Of a stretch of 64,000 bases of DNA, positions 27,284 to 40,368 are shown in pieces. How positions within the stretch are numbered: position 1 is the stretch's first letter; every line of letters begins with the position of its first letter. Under the pieces are notes generated by a model. That model was not told where the DNA came from and did no database searches. It was given only the letters and a program-made list of their open reading frames with translations. Position numbers and translations under genes: made by a program. Source of the stretch: Sphagnum compactum (taxonomy: Eukaryota); assembly GCA_965153455.1 (NCBI GenBank), contig OZ234494.1, forward strand, positions 8,060,001-8,124,000, written 5' to 3'.

Positions 27284-27632
27284 TGCTTTTGCCCCCTCTC
27301 CCCTCTTTCAGTGGTAACCGCAAAGTAAGGAATTTAAAAAAAAAATCTGGGTATGAAATGCTGAAACTCAGCATTTAATGCACAAGGTTTGAGAGTGATT
27401 ATAGTAGTTGTACAGGTAGGAGCAGTGAAAATATATGTAGCGGCAGGGTATATGCTCAGGAAAAAGGAAACACAGGATGAAACTGTTTACCACCAAAATT
27501 GGTGGAAAAAGTAGTTTGGGTTCTAGTTATTTCCTTTTGTAAAATTTTCATTCCCAGCTACGCATTTGATGCCCTATTATGCCGAAACTGGCCGTTCTCG
27601 CCCCCTAATCACTTGACTTTATGGATAATTCT
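27239..27632 (+). mobile_element. MITE family A (probably PIF/Harbinger-type)
   Basis: TIRs AGAGTTATCCGTAAAGTCA ... TGACTTTATGGATAATTCT. Related copies lie at 4268-5389, 36142-36450 and 56650-57011. Confidence 0.8.
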
Positions 27633-28262
27633 TATGAACTAAAGCTGAACAAAAGGACCATGAGGAATGCATGGTGACTCATGAGTGGAGAGGAAACAAT
27701 AAAAAGCTGTAGAAAATAAATTTCTCTTCATGTCCAATCACCATGATATTTTCCATAGCTAAGAGTGATGGGTCAAGAAAATGTTGTATTCAAATACCAA
27801 AGAATGTTAGTGAACATCAAAAATTTAGGTGATGTCTTAAGTGGCACACAATGTTAAATGGGTTGGTAGCTTAATGTTAGTTATCATAAAATCTTTAAAA
27901 AAACATAGATTTCAAAATAAAAGTTCAATGTTAGATTGCAACCTTAAAAAGAGAATTTAAATCAATTATATATATGTATTACTGTTCATCTACCCACTTA
28001 TTTATATATTCATCTATTTATTATCCACCCATTTATTTATATGTTAAATATTTCACAATGTTAAATAATTTCTTTCACACTGTAGACCATCCTGTTCACC
28101 CTTTTTTTTTTTTTTTGCTTTGGGGGCCCTTTTCAGGACTTCCTTATATTTCAAAGATTTCTTAATCTTTTATTGTCAACATCACATGTAGTCCAACCTG
28201 TTAGAAAAAAAGAGAGCAAAGCTTTTTTAAATATATTAAAAAATGATTAAAAAAATAGTGCT

Positions 28263-28398
28263 TTATTTACTACACAAGAGAAGGGTAGCCTTGTTGGCCC
28301 TTCCATGTTTTTCAGTGCCCAGCACTGAAGCTCCTTCCATTGTGCCTACGCACCTCAAAACATGGAAGGGACTCTAGGGTGACCCTTCTCGTAAATAA
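28263..28398. other. Imperfect hairpin / inverted repeat upstream of the RING gene
   Basis: CCCTTCCATGTTTT (28298-28311) pairs with AAAACATGGAAGGG (28357-28370). Outer stems are GAGAAGGGT/ACCCTTCTC and TTATTTAC/GTAAATAA. Confidence 0.75.
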
Positions 28399-31300
28399 AA
28401 GGAGGGAGGTCGGTACAGGTAAGTAGGTAGGTAAGACAATAGGTAGGTAGGTAGACATGAATGTGTTTGAAAACTTTGGTTTCCAAAGTGCCTCATGGAT
28501 GAAAGTCCTTTGGATGAGTGAGGGGTGGGGGGGGGGGGGGGGTGGTTAGGGGTGTGATGGGTGTGGATGTGTACGAACAAATGAGATGAATGTGGATGAA
28601 AATGAGATGGATGCTCACCGCGTCGTTCAAGCTGATGGAAGGAGACGAGGGGTTGCACTGGGCTGCTGGCGATGGTGGGTGGGTAACGCGCACGGCGACT
28701 GTAGGAGGAGGAGGAGGAGGATCTGCCTTGGTCGCGTTCTCGCAGTAATCCGACTGGTTTCCGTTGCTTTTCTTCTGAAACCTTCACACATTTGAACTGG
28801 AGCTTTGTTGTTGCATCAGTGGGAATCGATTTCTCTTGGGGCCCTTGTAACGGCAGTTCTTTGTAGTGACTATATACATTCAACCGTGCGTGCTGCGAAG
28901 AGGACGAGCTCAGAGAGACGAGAGACGAGACACAGAGAGGAACAGAGGAAGAGAGAGTGTTGTGCCGGGGAGGTGGGCGTGTTGACTCTGGCCTTTATTT
29001 CTTTTTTTTTTCCCGGGTTTTCCTGGATGCGTAACGGGAAGAGTGGACGACTTGTGGATGTGTGTAATCGCGTCTTTGAGGTTCTCGTGACCCTGAGGTG
29101 AGAGGGCAAGAAGGGGGACTCGTTGGTGGTTGTGAACTGGGAACTTGAGGGTTTGGTGAACTGTCGTGTTTTTGTCGCTGTCTTGGGTCTCTAGATCTGT
29201 TGTTAATGTTGTCTTGAGATTCTTCTTCTGTCTTGCCGACTGGGTAATCAGAAACATCTCTGCCGTGACTAAAACCAGGAGGATTCTTTTTCATTCTCCG
29301 GCTCCCTCCCTGGACTTGTAGCACAGCTGAGATTGAAGTAGTGTCTGCTGGGGTTTGCTTTGTTTGCCAGTGCCTGGCAGTTTCGTTCCTCAACTTCTTC
29401 TTGATCCTCAGCAAGAAGATGCCAGGATCTTGGCCTGATCCTTCTGATATCCATAGATGAAGTGTGATGATCATTCTTCCCAGTCGTGTATGTTCAAGTT
29501 TTTTTTTTGGTTGTTGTTGCATTTCTGGAATGAGTCTTTTACTATGAATGAATCCGGCCATTTTGGTAGCAAAAGGAGGGCCTTCTTGACACGGGAAGCA
29601 GGACTGACACTCTCTAGAACATGGCACACAATGGGTTGAAATCAACTGTGGCAGAGACACTGTCAGTAGTTTCTGTGTGTCAGTGGCTTGGCATAGGGTT
29701 GTTTTCTCGGGATTTGTTCTTGTAAAAGGCATTGAAGCATGGAAGGAGAGATGATGGCATGCGCTTGGCCCTATCCAATCTTTTCTTCATCTCAAGCAAC
29801 ATTGGATACAGCCAAGAGCACACCGTAGGCTCAATCCTGTGTTGGTTGGTATGGAACAAGGAAGGAAGAGGATTTGGCAGAGGGGTTTGAATGGGAAGGA
29901 AAGGGACAAATTGAGTGTGCAGTGTTGGATTTTGTTGGATGCTTGCTTGGAGATCCCAAGCAGCATGAGTTAACATTTTAACCATCAGGAATTGTGAAAC
30001 ATCAGTGCTCAATTGTTGGCTTTCACACTCTCAAGGGCCTGTTCCTAGAAAAAAGAGGTTCTACAAATCCTAATGGATTTTGCTTGGCTGCAGCTCAGTA
30101 TTGCAGGAATGTGCAATGTCATGCTTTCATGCTGCAGCCTCATCTGTCTGATGCTTCATTGAAGCCCAGATCTGGTCTTCTAATTTTGCTTCTCCTCTTT
30201 GTAAGTTCAATGGGTATAATGCACCAGATGTAAGACATGATCAGGCATGTCTTCTTTCATATGTTGAATGTGGTCTGAACTGGGTACACCTCTTGGAAGC
30301 ACACACCATGTTCCTCTGAAATGAGAAGTTTGTGTCCTAGTGCAGGCAGCTTTGATGAGGTGAGCATCTCCATCCATAATGGATAGCTGTAGAGCATTTT
30401 CCTGGTCTGAAGGAGATTTCTATATGGATTGTTTCACTAATCCATGAGTCTTTTTTGGTATTGATGAGGTGACACTCTTTTTTTCCTGTCAAGAAAGGTG
30501 ATTGGGGCCAAGTCCTTGACAACCCGATGATGGGGATTCAAGGTGTTGTATGCAATGGAAACTTTTACCAAATTCCTGACTTTCTGTGTGTCAAGTCTGC
30601 TGTCTTGTGGCAGTTTTCAGGCATACCCATTTTTGACAAGAAAATTCATCCTAGAGTAGTTCTGTACCATCTCTGAAGATGTCACACCACAATGTGCACC
30701 TGGTACATCAGGTTGTCTAGAATTGTATATGCTGATCTGCAGAGTCCTGGATATGATGCATCAGCATTGAAAGGATCTGACTGTAATCCAAGTTGCTCAT
30801 CGAATAGTTTCCTCACACAGTTCCATGTTGATCTTGGATGATGACCTAAAAAAGATCTGATATATTTGCTGGAAGAAACATGAATAAAAAATCTGATATT
30901 GTTGCTCAGCTTTGGGTGATGATTTTGAAATTCAATTTCCTCCCAGGTCATTGTTATTTCCTGAAGAGTTTCTTGGTTCATGGTTGGGTGGCATTTCATA
31001 CTATGCCCCTCTGAGAAACCTTAGCTCTCTGGGTCCACTGGATTAGCTTGAGAATGGTTTGAAATGTCCAGTGGAATCTCTACTTTCATGATCATGATGC
31101 TATCTTTAGAGGAATGGTGCAGGGTCTTTTGTCTTTGCCCATGATACCAGTCCTTGCATGTATACCAATTTGCAGAGTAGTCTGTCTTTTGTTAAGCACT
31201 CTGGGTGGGGTAGGTCAAAAGAGACATTTGATCAAGGTTTATGTTTGTTCATTAGGTTGTGCCTGGCTCTCTCACTTACTGGAGGTGGGTTTGTTCTCTT

Positions 31301-31486
31301 TTTCTTTTCTTGCAGGTTGAGGATCAGAATGGATTTGGTGATGTCAGCCATCTTTGAAACTCTAGCACTTTTGTGAGGTGCTCAATGTTAGCACAAGGGC
31401 CCTGAACAACTGGTCTTGTAATTGGTTCCACTCTTCATCAATCAACCTGGTTTCAAGTGTTGTAGATTAGCATTGTTTTTGGTACA

Positions 31487-34400
31487 ATGGATGATCACTT
31501 GGACTCAAAAAGGGTTGCTCCAGTCATGGATGGGGGTTGCTGGCCTTCATTGGACACAAAGTACAAGCCAAGTGGTAGTGGTGGCAACAACAATAGTAGT
31601 AGCCGGCTGGCCAGACTGGAAGAAGCAGACGAGTTGTCATCAGTCAGAGGGGTTTATAGCCAGGGAACTGGGAAGAGCCCAGAGTGTAGTAAAGCTCCCA
31701 TACACAAGCAGTCTCAGTCGTCAGCAAAGCTAGTAGCTGCACAGCCATCTCAAGCTCAGAGCTTGCAAAGACCTCATGAATTTTCCATGGAAGGGCCATG
31801 GACTGTTTTGCAGGGATTTTCAGAGGATCTAAATGGGTCAATGGTAGACTTCACAAGAATGGGTGCAAATAGGGACACTGGATTGGGCCTCAGCCTGTCC
31901 AAGGAAGATGATATCCCTCCAGGTCATTTGCAGCCAAGTACTGACTCCTCTGCTTTTTTGGGAATGAGGGAAGGGCATGCAGTCAGCAGTCCTGAATCCC
32001 TTGTGGGAAGAGTGCCAATCCAGGGAAGTAGCAAGGGAGAGTTCATACCAGGCACAGGCGAGTTTTTCCCATGCAATGTAGGAGGCAAGGAAACAGAGAA
32101 TGGGGCTACTCAGGTCACAGAGTCTGGATTGCCAACATTAGGAAACAGACAAGCTCGAGCCAGTGCAAATTCCATCTATTCTGGAGAAAGACATGGAATG
32201 AATGAAAGAAGAGTTGAGGATGGTGGTAGAAGCCGGACTTTTGGTCCCCGCTTTATGGAGGGCAGAAGGTTTCAAGATTTGGGAAGGAGCAGTGATGGAA
32301 GAAGGGTTGAACATGGCAGTGGCAGCATGGATTCTGATTCTCTTTATATGGAGCAGCAGGTTTTAAGAACAGCTGAACCTCAGCTTTTTGGGAGCAGCAG
32401 CAACCATACTGGAGGAGTGGATGACTGTTTGCCAGAGGCTAGTGGCAATCAGGAACTGTTGAATACTACTGGAGCTTGCAGCAATGAAGGGCATCACCAC
32501 AGTGGTGCAGATCGAACTTCTTTGAGGCATAGCATTTCAGGCAGTGTGTTGGAAAATGCCACTCGTAGTGTGTTTGGAAACACAAGGGGTAGCTCCAGGA
32601 GTTCTGCTTGTAAGAGGAAGAGTTGCACACCAGTGGTGGCAGGTAGTTTGTCTTGTGGAACTGGCACTCTCAGAACTGGCTTTCGAGATAGCAATGGGGG
32701 AAGGACTGTGGGAGGCAACGGAATGAGTAGGCGCACTATAGGCATTTCAGGATGCACAAGTGCTTCTGATGTGGTGGCATCTACCTCCTCGTCTGCAGCA
32801 GCATCAGCTCGAAGTTCTGAACTGCCGATTGTGGCCGGTGGACTTGAAGAACCTGTAACACATAGAGCAGCTTCTCTCAGAGAGACCCTTGACTTGATGC
32901 CTGAAAACCACAGAGGCAGTCGCCTGGGGAAATCTGTGGTGACCAGTTCTAGTGCGGGTACAAGTTCTCAAAGAAGCACTCGAGCTGGAGGAGTTGGAGT
33001 GGCATTGGTGGAGGCAGGAACAGCTCAGCATTCTCATACACCTTTTGCACAGACTATGTATAGATCTGCTGTACCTGCAATGCAGCACGACCACTGTGGG
33101 TCCCAGAGAACAACATCAAGTGATTCTCTTGTGGATGCCAATGAAGAAAGCTCTAGCAGTAGCCTCCTTGTTCCTGATGAGACACCAGCCAGTTCTAGCA
33201 CACTCTGCCGCAGTGGCAGTCCTTCCAGACTGACTGGCAGAAGTGGGATGCCTTCTTCACCACGACACAGGGACAATGGTGTTGGCTTGTTTAGTCTAGG
33301 GGAGCAGCTGTCACATAGGTATATGGGAAGTAGCACCCATAGCTTCACAAGTAGTTTGTCAAGTGCAAGTCAGCTTGGAGCAACAGTTGGGACTGATAGT
33401 AGGCTTCACAATCATGCACTCAATCTCAATAACCTAGAGGCAATGTCTCCTGGTGCTCCAGTGCTTGCAGATTCTGTCCCTCCTACAATGCAAACAAGTT
33501 CAACAATAGTGTCTTCACCGTCCCCTTCAAGGCCACCTCATCCTTCTCGTGGCAGGATACAGGGCATTAGTGTGCCTACATTGCTAACCAACCCATCCAT
33601 GTCAGGGCCTGCACCTTCTCGTCTATCACCTTCTCCTCCTTCGAGCCCCTCACTAGTTGCTCCATTCACAGATTCTCATTCATCACCCACAATTCACTTT
33701 CAACGGTCTCTGTTGCCAAGGGCATCTGCATCTAGACTTCATGAAAGAGGATTCTCATTAGCTGCAGATGGTCGTCTGGGAATGCCATCTCACAGTTTAC
33801 AGCTTTCAGCTGGCGATGGAACACATCCACCTCACCTTATGACTGAGGGCCTTGCTGAGGTTAGTGGTTTTGCTTTTGTCGTTGCATAATGGATTTAGTT
33901 ACCCGCATGTCTAGTGGGCAGTGCAAACACCTCTCTTGTTTCTTTTGTTGTCATCTGGTCCTAGACAAGGATCTTACAGTGGAAAGGTGGTGCTTTGGGA
34001 GCAGATTTTATTTGCACTTGAGTGTGTGGAAAGAGACGAGGATCTTACTTATGAGGTAATATGACCCTCTTTTGAGAAGATGCCACACCCCAATGTTTTG
34101 TTCCTAACATATCATGCAACAACCTCTGGTCTTCTCTAATGGACTTGAGTGTGGAAAGAGTGTCCTTGACTAGGAGTATCCACCAGGACTGAAATATGTA
34201 CTCTGTTTTGCAGTGAAAGCAATTTAAGATATGCTCAAACGTGGGACTTCTTGGTTGTAATTATACAGTGTAATCAAAGACAAAGATCAGCAGTTTTTAT
34301 GGCAGTTTTCCCTTTTGTGCTTTATGTTCTTATCAGATTGTGCTCATGATTTGTGCAGCAACTCTTGATGCTGGAGGCAACCCTGCTATTTGAGGGAATG

Positions 34401-35129
34401 GGCCTGCATGACCATCACAGAGAACTGCGTCTTGATGTTGACAACATGTCTTATGAGGTCTGACACCATGCTGAAACCAATGGCAATCCTGCATTTATCC
34501 TTGGAAGCTGTGTGCTCTCTGATGTTTTCAGAGGCCATGGCACTGACCTATGTTTCATTATCCTAGTGGATTTTACCTCTTCTTGAAATCCTGTCATAAG
34601 GTGCACTAGAGCTGAAATCTGTGCCTCCGTGGCTGTGTTGGAATATTCAGGAGTTGCTGGCTTTGGAAGACAGAATTGGCAATGTGAGTACAGGATTGAC
34701 TGCAGAGGCAGTAGCTGATAAGTTGAAGACGAGCTATTACTCCTCCCTCGATATGGCAGTTGCTCGATTTTCTCAAGAGTATGATATCAAGTGCAGCATC
34801 TGCCAGGTACACAGAAATCTCCTATGTCAGGTTTTTCTGAATAATCTTGAAGTACTATTGTTTGTTACTTGATAGTTGCATATCCTCATGTGTCTTATGT
34901 TGCTAGAGGAGATAAGCTATGTGCCGAACCAAATATAACGGAGTCTACTCTTAGAGTGGAGATGAGTGTCTCAACTGGAAGATATTGTCTGGATTTCCAG
35001 GAGGAGTATGAGGATGGTGATGAGTTGGGAAAGGTTGACTGTGGGCACAGTTATCACGTCTTGTGCATTCAGCAGTGGCTTGTGCAGAAAAACCAGTGTC
35101 CTATTTGCAAGGCTCCTGCCTTTGCTTAG
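31487..35129 (+). CDS. RING-H2 E3 ubiquitin ligase, CTL group (MBR/RHG1A/JUL1-like). Exons 31487-33859, 34005-34055, 34359-34457, 34651-34806, 35001-35129; 935 aa
   Basis: GT-AG phase-0 introns join GLAE|ILFALECVERDEDLTYE|QLLMLE...DHHRELRLDVDNMSYE|ELLALEDRIGNV...CSICQ|EEYEDGDELGKVDCGHSYHVLCIQQWLVQKNQCPICK. The C3H2C3 RING and YEELL motif are intact, and the N-terminus is long and Ser/Gly-rich. The 5' UTR probably starts near the GA-rich segment at about 28880. Confidence 0.92.
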
Positions 35130-36141
35130 TTAATTATTGTAGGAAGAAACTTGTTCATACTCCTGCCTTGGTTACTCCTCTGTTTGGAAGAACAGCCTAA
35201 GAGTGCCAGCTTATCCCATGAAGATGTTTGCAAATGTTTGCCCCATTTGTAGCCAGCACCTTTCATCTTAGCCAGGCATCATCTCTGCATCTAGAGTAGA
35301 TAGTGGGTCACTGTAGGAGGAATTTTCATCCTGTATTGCAGTGCTGAAGCTCTGAAACGTGGAGCTTATTCATGAGCTATGTGTGTTCCATTCAAAACAG
35401 TTGAAACTCTACACCATATTACCCATTGCATTGAAGGATCATGGGAAGGACACATACTGTATAAGACTCATGGCCAGGATTTTCTAGATTTAGAACCTTT
35501 TCTGCCTGTTGGTGTGCTCTGTCCAAACTGGAGGGGGGAAGCACCACAAGACCAGTCAGAGCCACATACGACTGGGCTTTGACACAGGTAGTCACTGCTG
35601 GAAGTCTCACTTAAAATTCTGGATTGCAACTCTATCAAGGATTTTTATACAAATTGTTATTTTGTTGGATTTAGAGGAAGAAATCATCTCTGCAGGCTGT
35701 CTGGCATTGATTTCAAAATGTCATCTTGAGTGTTGTCTTCCCATGCAAGATGACATAGTTGAATTCAGACATTCTCAAAAGAATTATAGAGTCAAAAGTT
35801 TCCAGGGTATGTATACAGTGGAGTTATGTATGTGCTGACGATGGTCTTCCTGGTTCTGTACAATTATGGGACTCAAAACCCCATTACACTGAAAAGGAGG
35901 CTGATCTTCGAATTTAGTCGATAGTGTCAAATGGTGGCGGCTTTAGTGGCTTTGAGCTGTTTGGAAGTGTGTGTGTGTGTGTGTGTGTGGCTTTGAGCTG
36001 TTTGAGTAAGTGTGTTTTTCCAGTTATGTTCAGTTTCCCAAGAAGATCATCTTTGACTGCTTTGTGGCTGCCTGTAGGTTTGTATAATTTTGTTATCAAC
36101 CAGGGTTTTTAGTTTGTTTTGCTAAGTGAAAAGAAGATAAT

Positions 36142-36450
36142 AGAGTTATCCGAAAAATCAGGCGATTAAGGGGCAAGAACAAGAACGGCCAGTTTTGGCA
36201 TAACAGCGCATCAAAAGTGTAACTGGGAGTGAAAATTATACAAAATGAGATAACTGGGACCCAAACCAGTTTTTCCACCTGTCTTTCAATTTTCCTGACT
36301 GCCTCCGATGCTGCAACGCATATTTTCACTGCTCCTACCTGTACAACTACTATAATTATTCTTGAACCTTGTGTTGAGGTTTAATAAGTTTTTCTTGCTT
36401 TGTGTAGACCACTGAAAGAGGGGATAGGGGGTGACTTTATGGATAACTCT
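36142..36450 (-). mobile_element. MITE family A, reverse orientation
   Basis: TIRs AGAGTTATCCGAAAAATCA ... TGACTTTATGGATAACTCT, flanked by AAT on both sides (36139-36141 and 36451-36453). Confidence 0.8.
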
Positions 36451-37454
36451 AATACGAGCCCTTGCCTTGAGTAAAGTGCATGGACTCTGTGGGCTTCACC
36501 ACCTAGATCAATGACTCAATATTAAAATTCTGACACTCTTCTGTCACAAGTGTACCGAAAAAGGTGTCATTTTTCCAGTTCTACTGAGCTCATGAAACTC
36601 AAAGGGGGGGGGGGGGGGGGAAGTTTTATGAATATTCTGACAACTAAATTGCAGTATATTGGTGTTCTTGAACCCTTACTTTTTTCAGCTAGGAACATAC
36701 CCTATGGTCACTTTTGTCATTAAATAATCTAGAAAATCATAAAATGAAAAAATTTAAAATGTCCTCCTGGAGGTGATGAAAATGGTGAATATTTCATCTT
36801 TCTAATGACGAAATTTGTGAACAAAAAAATAGGCATTTGTATAAACAACTATCCTTTGCAAACAATCCACTTGACACCTGTTTGATTTTTTTATGTGTGA
36901 AATTGATTGGCTGTGGTGATTATTTTGATGTCATCCTTGGTATTCTAGATGCATCAACATCATGCCAAGTGTTTGATCTTTCTCTTTGATGAATAACTTG
37001 AACTATGTGTGTTTAATGAGGAATAGATGGGACATATCTCTACACTAGAAAATGTGAACTTATAACAATGGATGTGCAACATCTGACCTTGCATTCAATG
37101 CCACCATTTGCCACATACATCCAATAGTTTTGTATGTATATCTAACATATGACAAATTTCAAAAAAGAAATTCAAAGTTCACATAAATAAAAGATTAAAT
37201 AAAATTTTAATGCAAAAACGAAATGATGTTTTGAAGGAAAATAAATAAATACATAAATATCGTTTTTCTAGTGATGAATCTGACTCTATGGTACAGTAGT
37301 GGAATTTTGTTTTCTTTCAACTCATCTCTTCTCTTTTAAGTCATGATTAAACACCAAGAACTGCAGTGACAGGGGTGATGTTTTTATTTATTCATGTTCA
37401 GTGAATCAAAGTATTAAAGGAGTATGTTCAGTGAAAGATGAGTCAAAACAGGGT

Positions 37455-37720
37455 GATGTGTTTTGACACCATTGTGTCAATGTCATTTGAAGCTTCAAAG
37501 GACCAAAGGGCTCTTCTCTTTCTATCTTGATTTTTTTAAAGTAAAATTTTTAAAATTATATTGCAACAAATGCAAGCATTCTGCATTTCAAGTTGAACGA
37601 TAACAATAGGCCTAGCTACTTCTCGACTTCCACCATTTCAGAACACACCCCATCACCACGGCCGACCTATTATAGGTGGTTGGTTGTTGAGATGAAGAGA
37701 TTTTGACATCTAATTTGTCC
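37455..37720 (+). mobile_element. 3'-end fragment of the RLE/CRE-like non-LTR family
   Basis: The decayed translation (CVNVI*SFKGPKGSSLSIL...LQQMQA...IGLATSRLPPFQNTP...TTADLL) parallels the C-terminus at 24430-24650 (CANMAWGTKGIRG...LQQAHAISILR..VGEGFNRL). Confidence 0.55.
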
Positions 37721-39531
37721 TAACTTGACATCCTTTAAACTGTCCCTCTTTTATGATACCTTAGTACATTTTCTGAATGGATGATGATGCATTTATACAT
37801 AAAGTTTTGCAGGGCTTTGATGAAGTCATACTGCTGAATACATGTAATCTTTTTGCTGTTGAGTGTATTTTGAATGAGTAGCTGTAGTAGTACTAGTAGG
37901 TACCAATCATTTTAAAACATGAACTACAGAGTCTTGTCTGATGGAGATAGGTGCTCATTAGTGCCAAGTGCCAGAGATGAATTAGTGTGATCTGTGTGAG
38001 CAGGCTTTACCCTACTTGTTACATTTATGGCTTAAGCCCCATGCATTGTCCTACACATATTAATATTGTAGTATATAGTGTGACTTATATTAATTAGTTG
38101 TGGTGATCCCTTAAGGCTCCCAAAAAAAAGAGTCTTAAAATCAAGCTCTGGACAGTCCCAAAATACTGTAGTACCTGAACGATTTTGGCAACAAACTGCT
38201 GAATAATTAGTTAGATTTTAAATCTTAACTTTGGCACTTGATTCTTTTAATTCTGAAATTTTTGGTAGGTAATGGTTATATAAAATAATAAACAAAATTT
38301 CAAGCTTGGAACAGTTTATTGTGTCTAGACTGCCTCAGTACTTGAAGGTCTGCAGATCAAACCTTGACAATTGAACTTTTGATTTTATTAAAATTTTGAT
38401 ACAAATATTAAATAAAATTTCAAAAATTTGGCAATTTTTTTAAACACATTTATGCCAAAATCATTCAGGTACTCCAATAGATTTATTGTAGTCTCCTCCT
38501 TTTGGGCTGCTTATATAGATTACAAGAATAGAACTTAGGGCAAAGGATATGGGTCCTGGGATCAATAGATGTGCTATTGGGAACATGTTGAGGAACACAT
38601 TGAGAACATCAAAAAACACATACAAAATCAACAACCAAACCCAAGCCCACCCCCTGGACCCTGGGATGCATGCCTCACCTCCTTCACTACTGGTGTCTTT
38701 TTTGTTGTTATTTTTATTGCTGCTTTGTATGTTGCTGCATTGAACACTTCCTAAGATAGTGTTGTAAGATAATAGTGTTGTAAAATTTCAGATTTGGCTG
38801 TAATAATATTTGAGCTCTGCCCTGCTGTGCATTACCAGTGATGATCAACTTTTTTTGTTTTCTTACGGTTTTCAATAATTCATCTTTATTTATGTTAATG
38901 TCAAATTTTATTTAAATTAATATACATTTCATGGACATGAAAAGACGTATGGTAATTTATTTATTTTTCATATCTTTGTTGGTGAATAAGGAAAAAGAGT
39001 GAAATAGTTATTAAGAAAGGAATGATGTAGTTAGGCTTGAAAATGATGTAGTTATTTCAAAAATTGTTTTTGGAATGCTCCATCACCGACCTTCCGAAGG
39101 ATTCCAAAAAATCTCTCATATAACAATTTCAAATACTTGTCACTGAAATTATTTTTTAAACACCTATTTTTTAGAAATGTTTAAAGTCAAGGAAATTAGT
39201 TCGTCAATGTCAAAACTTTGAGAACTTGAGATCATTGTGTAGGTCGTATTTAATGTCTCCCTTTTTTCTTTTCTTTTTCATTCCTAGCCGCCAAAAGTTT
39301 CAAAAAGTATCATTTTTGTTGTTGAACTTGATTTCAAAAATAAATAAATATTGGGCACCTAGTGCTGAACCAGAAAGGAAGATACTTGGGTATATATGGG
39401 ATATAGTGTGATTCATATTAATTAGTTCATGGGTGTGTAATTTGATGTAGTTAAATTATTACCTATGTAATTATTTAACATGTAAGTTTGGTGATTTACT
39501 TGTTGGTAGGGTTTCATTATGATTTGGTCAT

Positions 39532-39963
39532 GGTGTATTGATTTTCAGATGATAATTTACATGAAAGTCATGCGAAAAGTCTTTGACACATTAAAATGCA
39601 TTGATTTCACATGATAATTTATGTGAAAGTCATGCGAAAAGTTTTTGACACATTAAAATGCATTGATTTTCACATGATAATTTATGTGAAAGTCATGCGA
39701 AAAGTCTTTGACACATTAAGGTGTATTGATTTTCATATGATAATTTATGTGAAAGTCATTTGAAAAGTTTTTGACACATTATGGTGTATTGACTTTCACA
39801 TTATAATTTATGTGAAAGTCATGTGAAAAGTCTTTGGCACATTACGGTGTATTAACTTTCATACGATAATTTATGTGAAAGTCATGCAAAAAGACTTTAG
39901 CACATTAAGGTGCATTGACTTTCACATGATAATTTATGTGAAAGTCATGTGAAAAAGTCTTTG
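39532..39963. repeat. Tandem array in the 5' LTR: 7 x ~63 bp, each unit palindromic
   Basis: Units start at about 39532, 39595, 39657, 39720, 39783, 39846 and 39909. Core consensus is TGACTTTCACAT-gataattt-ATGTGAAAGTCA. Confidence 0.92.
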
Positions 39964-40343
39964 TCATTTTATTATGCATGTGAAATCACATGGGGAGCCA
40001 TGTGATGTGTAGACTTTAGGAAATTTCTTGTGTTAGTTTCCTTTTGGTTAGTATATAAGTGGGTGTTTATGACCTTTAGAAACACCTTCACTTGATAGAA
40101 ATAATTGTTGTATGAATGAAAAGTTCCATGGAATAGAATTGTGAAAGGAAATGAAATTTTTGTTTTGAAAGGTTTTGGTATAATTTATGTGAAGTTCATG
40201 GTAGGAAAATCGTGTGACATACTAATTATACATAAACAATAGAAAGGTGAGAAAACATATATGCAACAAGAACATAGATTTCCATAGCTATGTAATAAAC
40301 ATACATAGTTTCAGTCCTAAACCTGCTTGTGAGTTACATCTTT

Positions 40344-40368
40344 TGATTCCGTAACTGAGACCCGAGTC
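40344..40368 (+). promoter_or_regulatory. Putative primer-binding site, possibly tRNA-Glu-derived
   Basis: TGATTCCGTAACTGAGACCCGAGTC lies 5 nt after the 5' LTR. It resembles the complement of a plant tRNA-Glu 3' end (TGGTTCCGT..CCGGGA..CGA) with transition-type changes. This comparison is from memory, not computed. Confidence 0.4.

Noticed and set aside
28995..29732. 245-aa antisense ORF
   Set aside because: No recognisable domain; it overlaps the probable leader/intron of the RING gene and is likely spurious.
39532..39963. CRISPR-like array of palindromic repeats
   Set aside because: The intervening sequences are themselves repeated (no unique spacers), the array lies within eukaryotic LTRs, and there are no cas genes.
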